Shown: one piece after another, positions 63,473-64,000 of the stretch
Numbering within the stretch: the stretch's first letter is position 1
Layout: every line of letters starts with the position of its first letter
Assembly (NCBI GenBank): GCA_002722595.1
Contig: PBMO01000003.1
Span: forward strand, 11,588-75,587
Length of the DNA stretch: 64,000 nt
Reading direction: 5' to 3'
From: Methanobacteriota archaeon
GTDB lineage: Archaea > Thermoplasmatota > Poseidoniia > Poseidoniales > Thalassarchaeaceae
The notes under the pieces: generated by a model
What the model saw: only the letters and a program-made list of their open reading frames with translations
Database searches by the model: none
What the model was told of the DNA's origin: nothing
Made by a program: the position numbers and the translations under genes

Positions 63473-63790
63473 ATGACTGAAACAACAAAACTTGGATTGT
63501 TTACATATGATGTGAAAAATGGGCTTGGACTAATTGGATACAATGTGGATGAACATGAGCATGCCCACATAATTGTAGATACCAAAAAATGTGGAGACTG
63601 TGATTCGATGATGTGTGTTTGGGGTTGCCCTGCACAATGTTACATGTTCCGAGATGTGGGTCTCGAAGAAATGAAATTTCAGTACGAAGACTGTGTTGAA
63701 TGTGGAACCTGCTTTCTCATGTGCACAGATGGGGCATTAAGTTGGAATCACCCCCGCGGGGGCTTCGGAATCACATACAGTCAAGGTTGA
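63473..63790 (+). CDS. fixX: FixX-type ferredoxin-like protein.
   Basis: CGDCDSMMCVWGCPAQCY...YEDCVECGTC...WNHPRGGFGITYSQG matches the FixX family. An AGGTGA box lies upstream. Confidence 0.8.
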   Translation: MTETTKLGLFTYDVKNGLGLIGYNVDEHEHAHIIVDTKKCGDCDSMMCVWGCPAQCYMFRDVGLEEMKFQYEDCVECGTCFLMCTDGALSWNHPRGGFGITYSQG

Positions 63791-64000
63791 ATGGGCATGG
63801 CTCTACACGTCTATGATACACGTACTCGTGAGAAACGTCTGTTTGAAACCGCTCGAACTGGCGAAGTCGACATGTATGTCTGTGGGATCACGCCCTATTC
63901 CCCATCACATTTAGGACACGCTCGATGTTACATCGCCTTTGACCTAATCCACCGCTGGTTGGAAGCTAGTGGTTGGACTGTAAATTATGTCCAAAACTTT
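63791..64000 (+). CDS. cysS: Cysteinyl-tRNA synthetase, N-terminal 70 codons (3' end cut by the window edge).
   Basis: I translated it by hand as MGMALHVYDTRTREKRLFETARTGEVDMYVCGITPYSPSHLGHARCYIAFDLIHRWLEASGWTVNYVQNF. MYVCGITPY plus HLGH (the HIGH motif) match the CysRS N-terminus. It is not in the ORF track because it has no in-window stop. Confidence 0.85.
   Translation, partial: MGMALHVYDTRTREKRLFETARTGEVDMYVCGITPYSPSHLGHARCYIAFDLIHRWLEASGWTVNYVQNF

Noticed and set aside
1-64000. Defence systems, toxin-antitoxin pairs, CRISPR-Cas, restriction-modification, secretion-system or biosynthetic gene clusters.
   Set aside because: No nuclease, methylase, ATPase or toxin-type signature proteins and no repeat-spacer arrays were recognised. 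The unknown ORFs (9063..9314, 35667..36542, 52830..53414) sit inside metabolic or repair operons rather than in defence-island-like contexts.

Overview
Gene-dense archaeal chromosomal segment with about 55 protein genes and one intron-containing tRNA. I saw no rRNA, CRISPR array, transposase or integrase.

Taxonomy: archaeal identity rests on the RFC small subunit, TBP, pelota, GatD, mevalonate kinase, a canonical bulge-helix-bulge tRNA intron and TATA boxes about 26 nt upstream of start codons. The window also carries bacterial-type sugar-acid catabolism, a membrane pyrophosphatase, PolX and three very large N-glycosylation-sequon-rich surface proteins. That mix suggests a planktonic heterotrophic euryarchaeon (Marine Group II / Poseidoniales-like). 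This placement is inference and needs a database search.

Main points:
1. The first 8 kb, which looks empty in the ORF track, is one giant minus-strand ORF, complement(<1..7967), at least 2655 codons. The track omits it because its stop lies outside the window. It encodes a secreted or anchored protein with a seven-fold super-repeat of about 1 kb (DNRLRE-like lectin-type module plus FN3-like module), followed by Ig-like repeats.
2. A glycan and sugar-acid island of about 17 kb spans 23.2-40.6 kb. It holds KDG kinase, KDPG aldolase, an enolase-superfamily dehydratase, a uronate-dehydrogenase-like SDR and an FGGY-kinase::mannitol-dehydrogenase-family fusion. It also holds a cytosolic GH38 alpha-mannosidase with a proline-rich (GPPS)n extension, a cryptic GH67/GH115-like protein, two eukaryote-type anomeric sugar kinases (fucokinase-like, glucuronokinase-like), a sugar-1-P nucleotidyltransferase and an MBL-fold hydrolase.
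3. Two paralogous AmpG-type MFS permeases are each fused to a different extracytoplasmic domain. One carries an N-terminal M28 aminopeptidase.
4. An eight-gene operon with gaps of 0-4 nt or overlaps of 1-4 nt joins PolX, two 67-aa membrane proteins, endonuclease III, an unknown protein, Bcp peroxiredoxin, an acetyltransferase and a flavin-reductase-like protein.

Smaller oddities:
- TBP with an insertion of about 23 aa.
- Degenerate nucleophile elbows in two secreted alpha/beta-hydrolase domains.
- A hydrolase::thioredoxin-like lipoprotein.
- A SepF-like gene.
- Twin GC-rich hairpins.
- An 18-bp perfect palindrome.

All functional calls come from motif recognition by eye. No searches were run.
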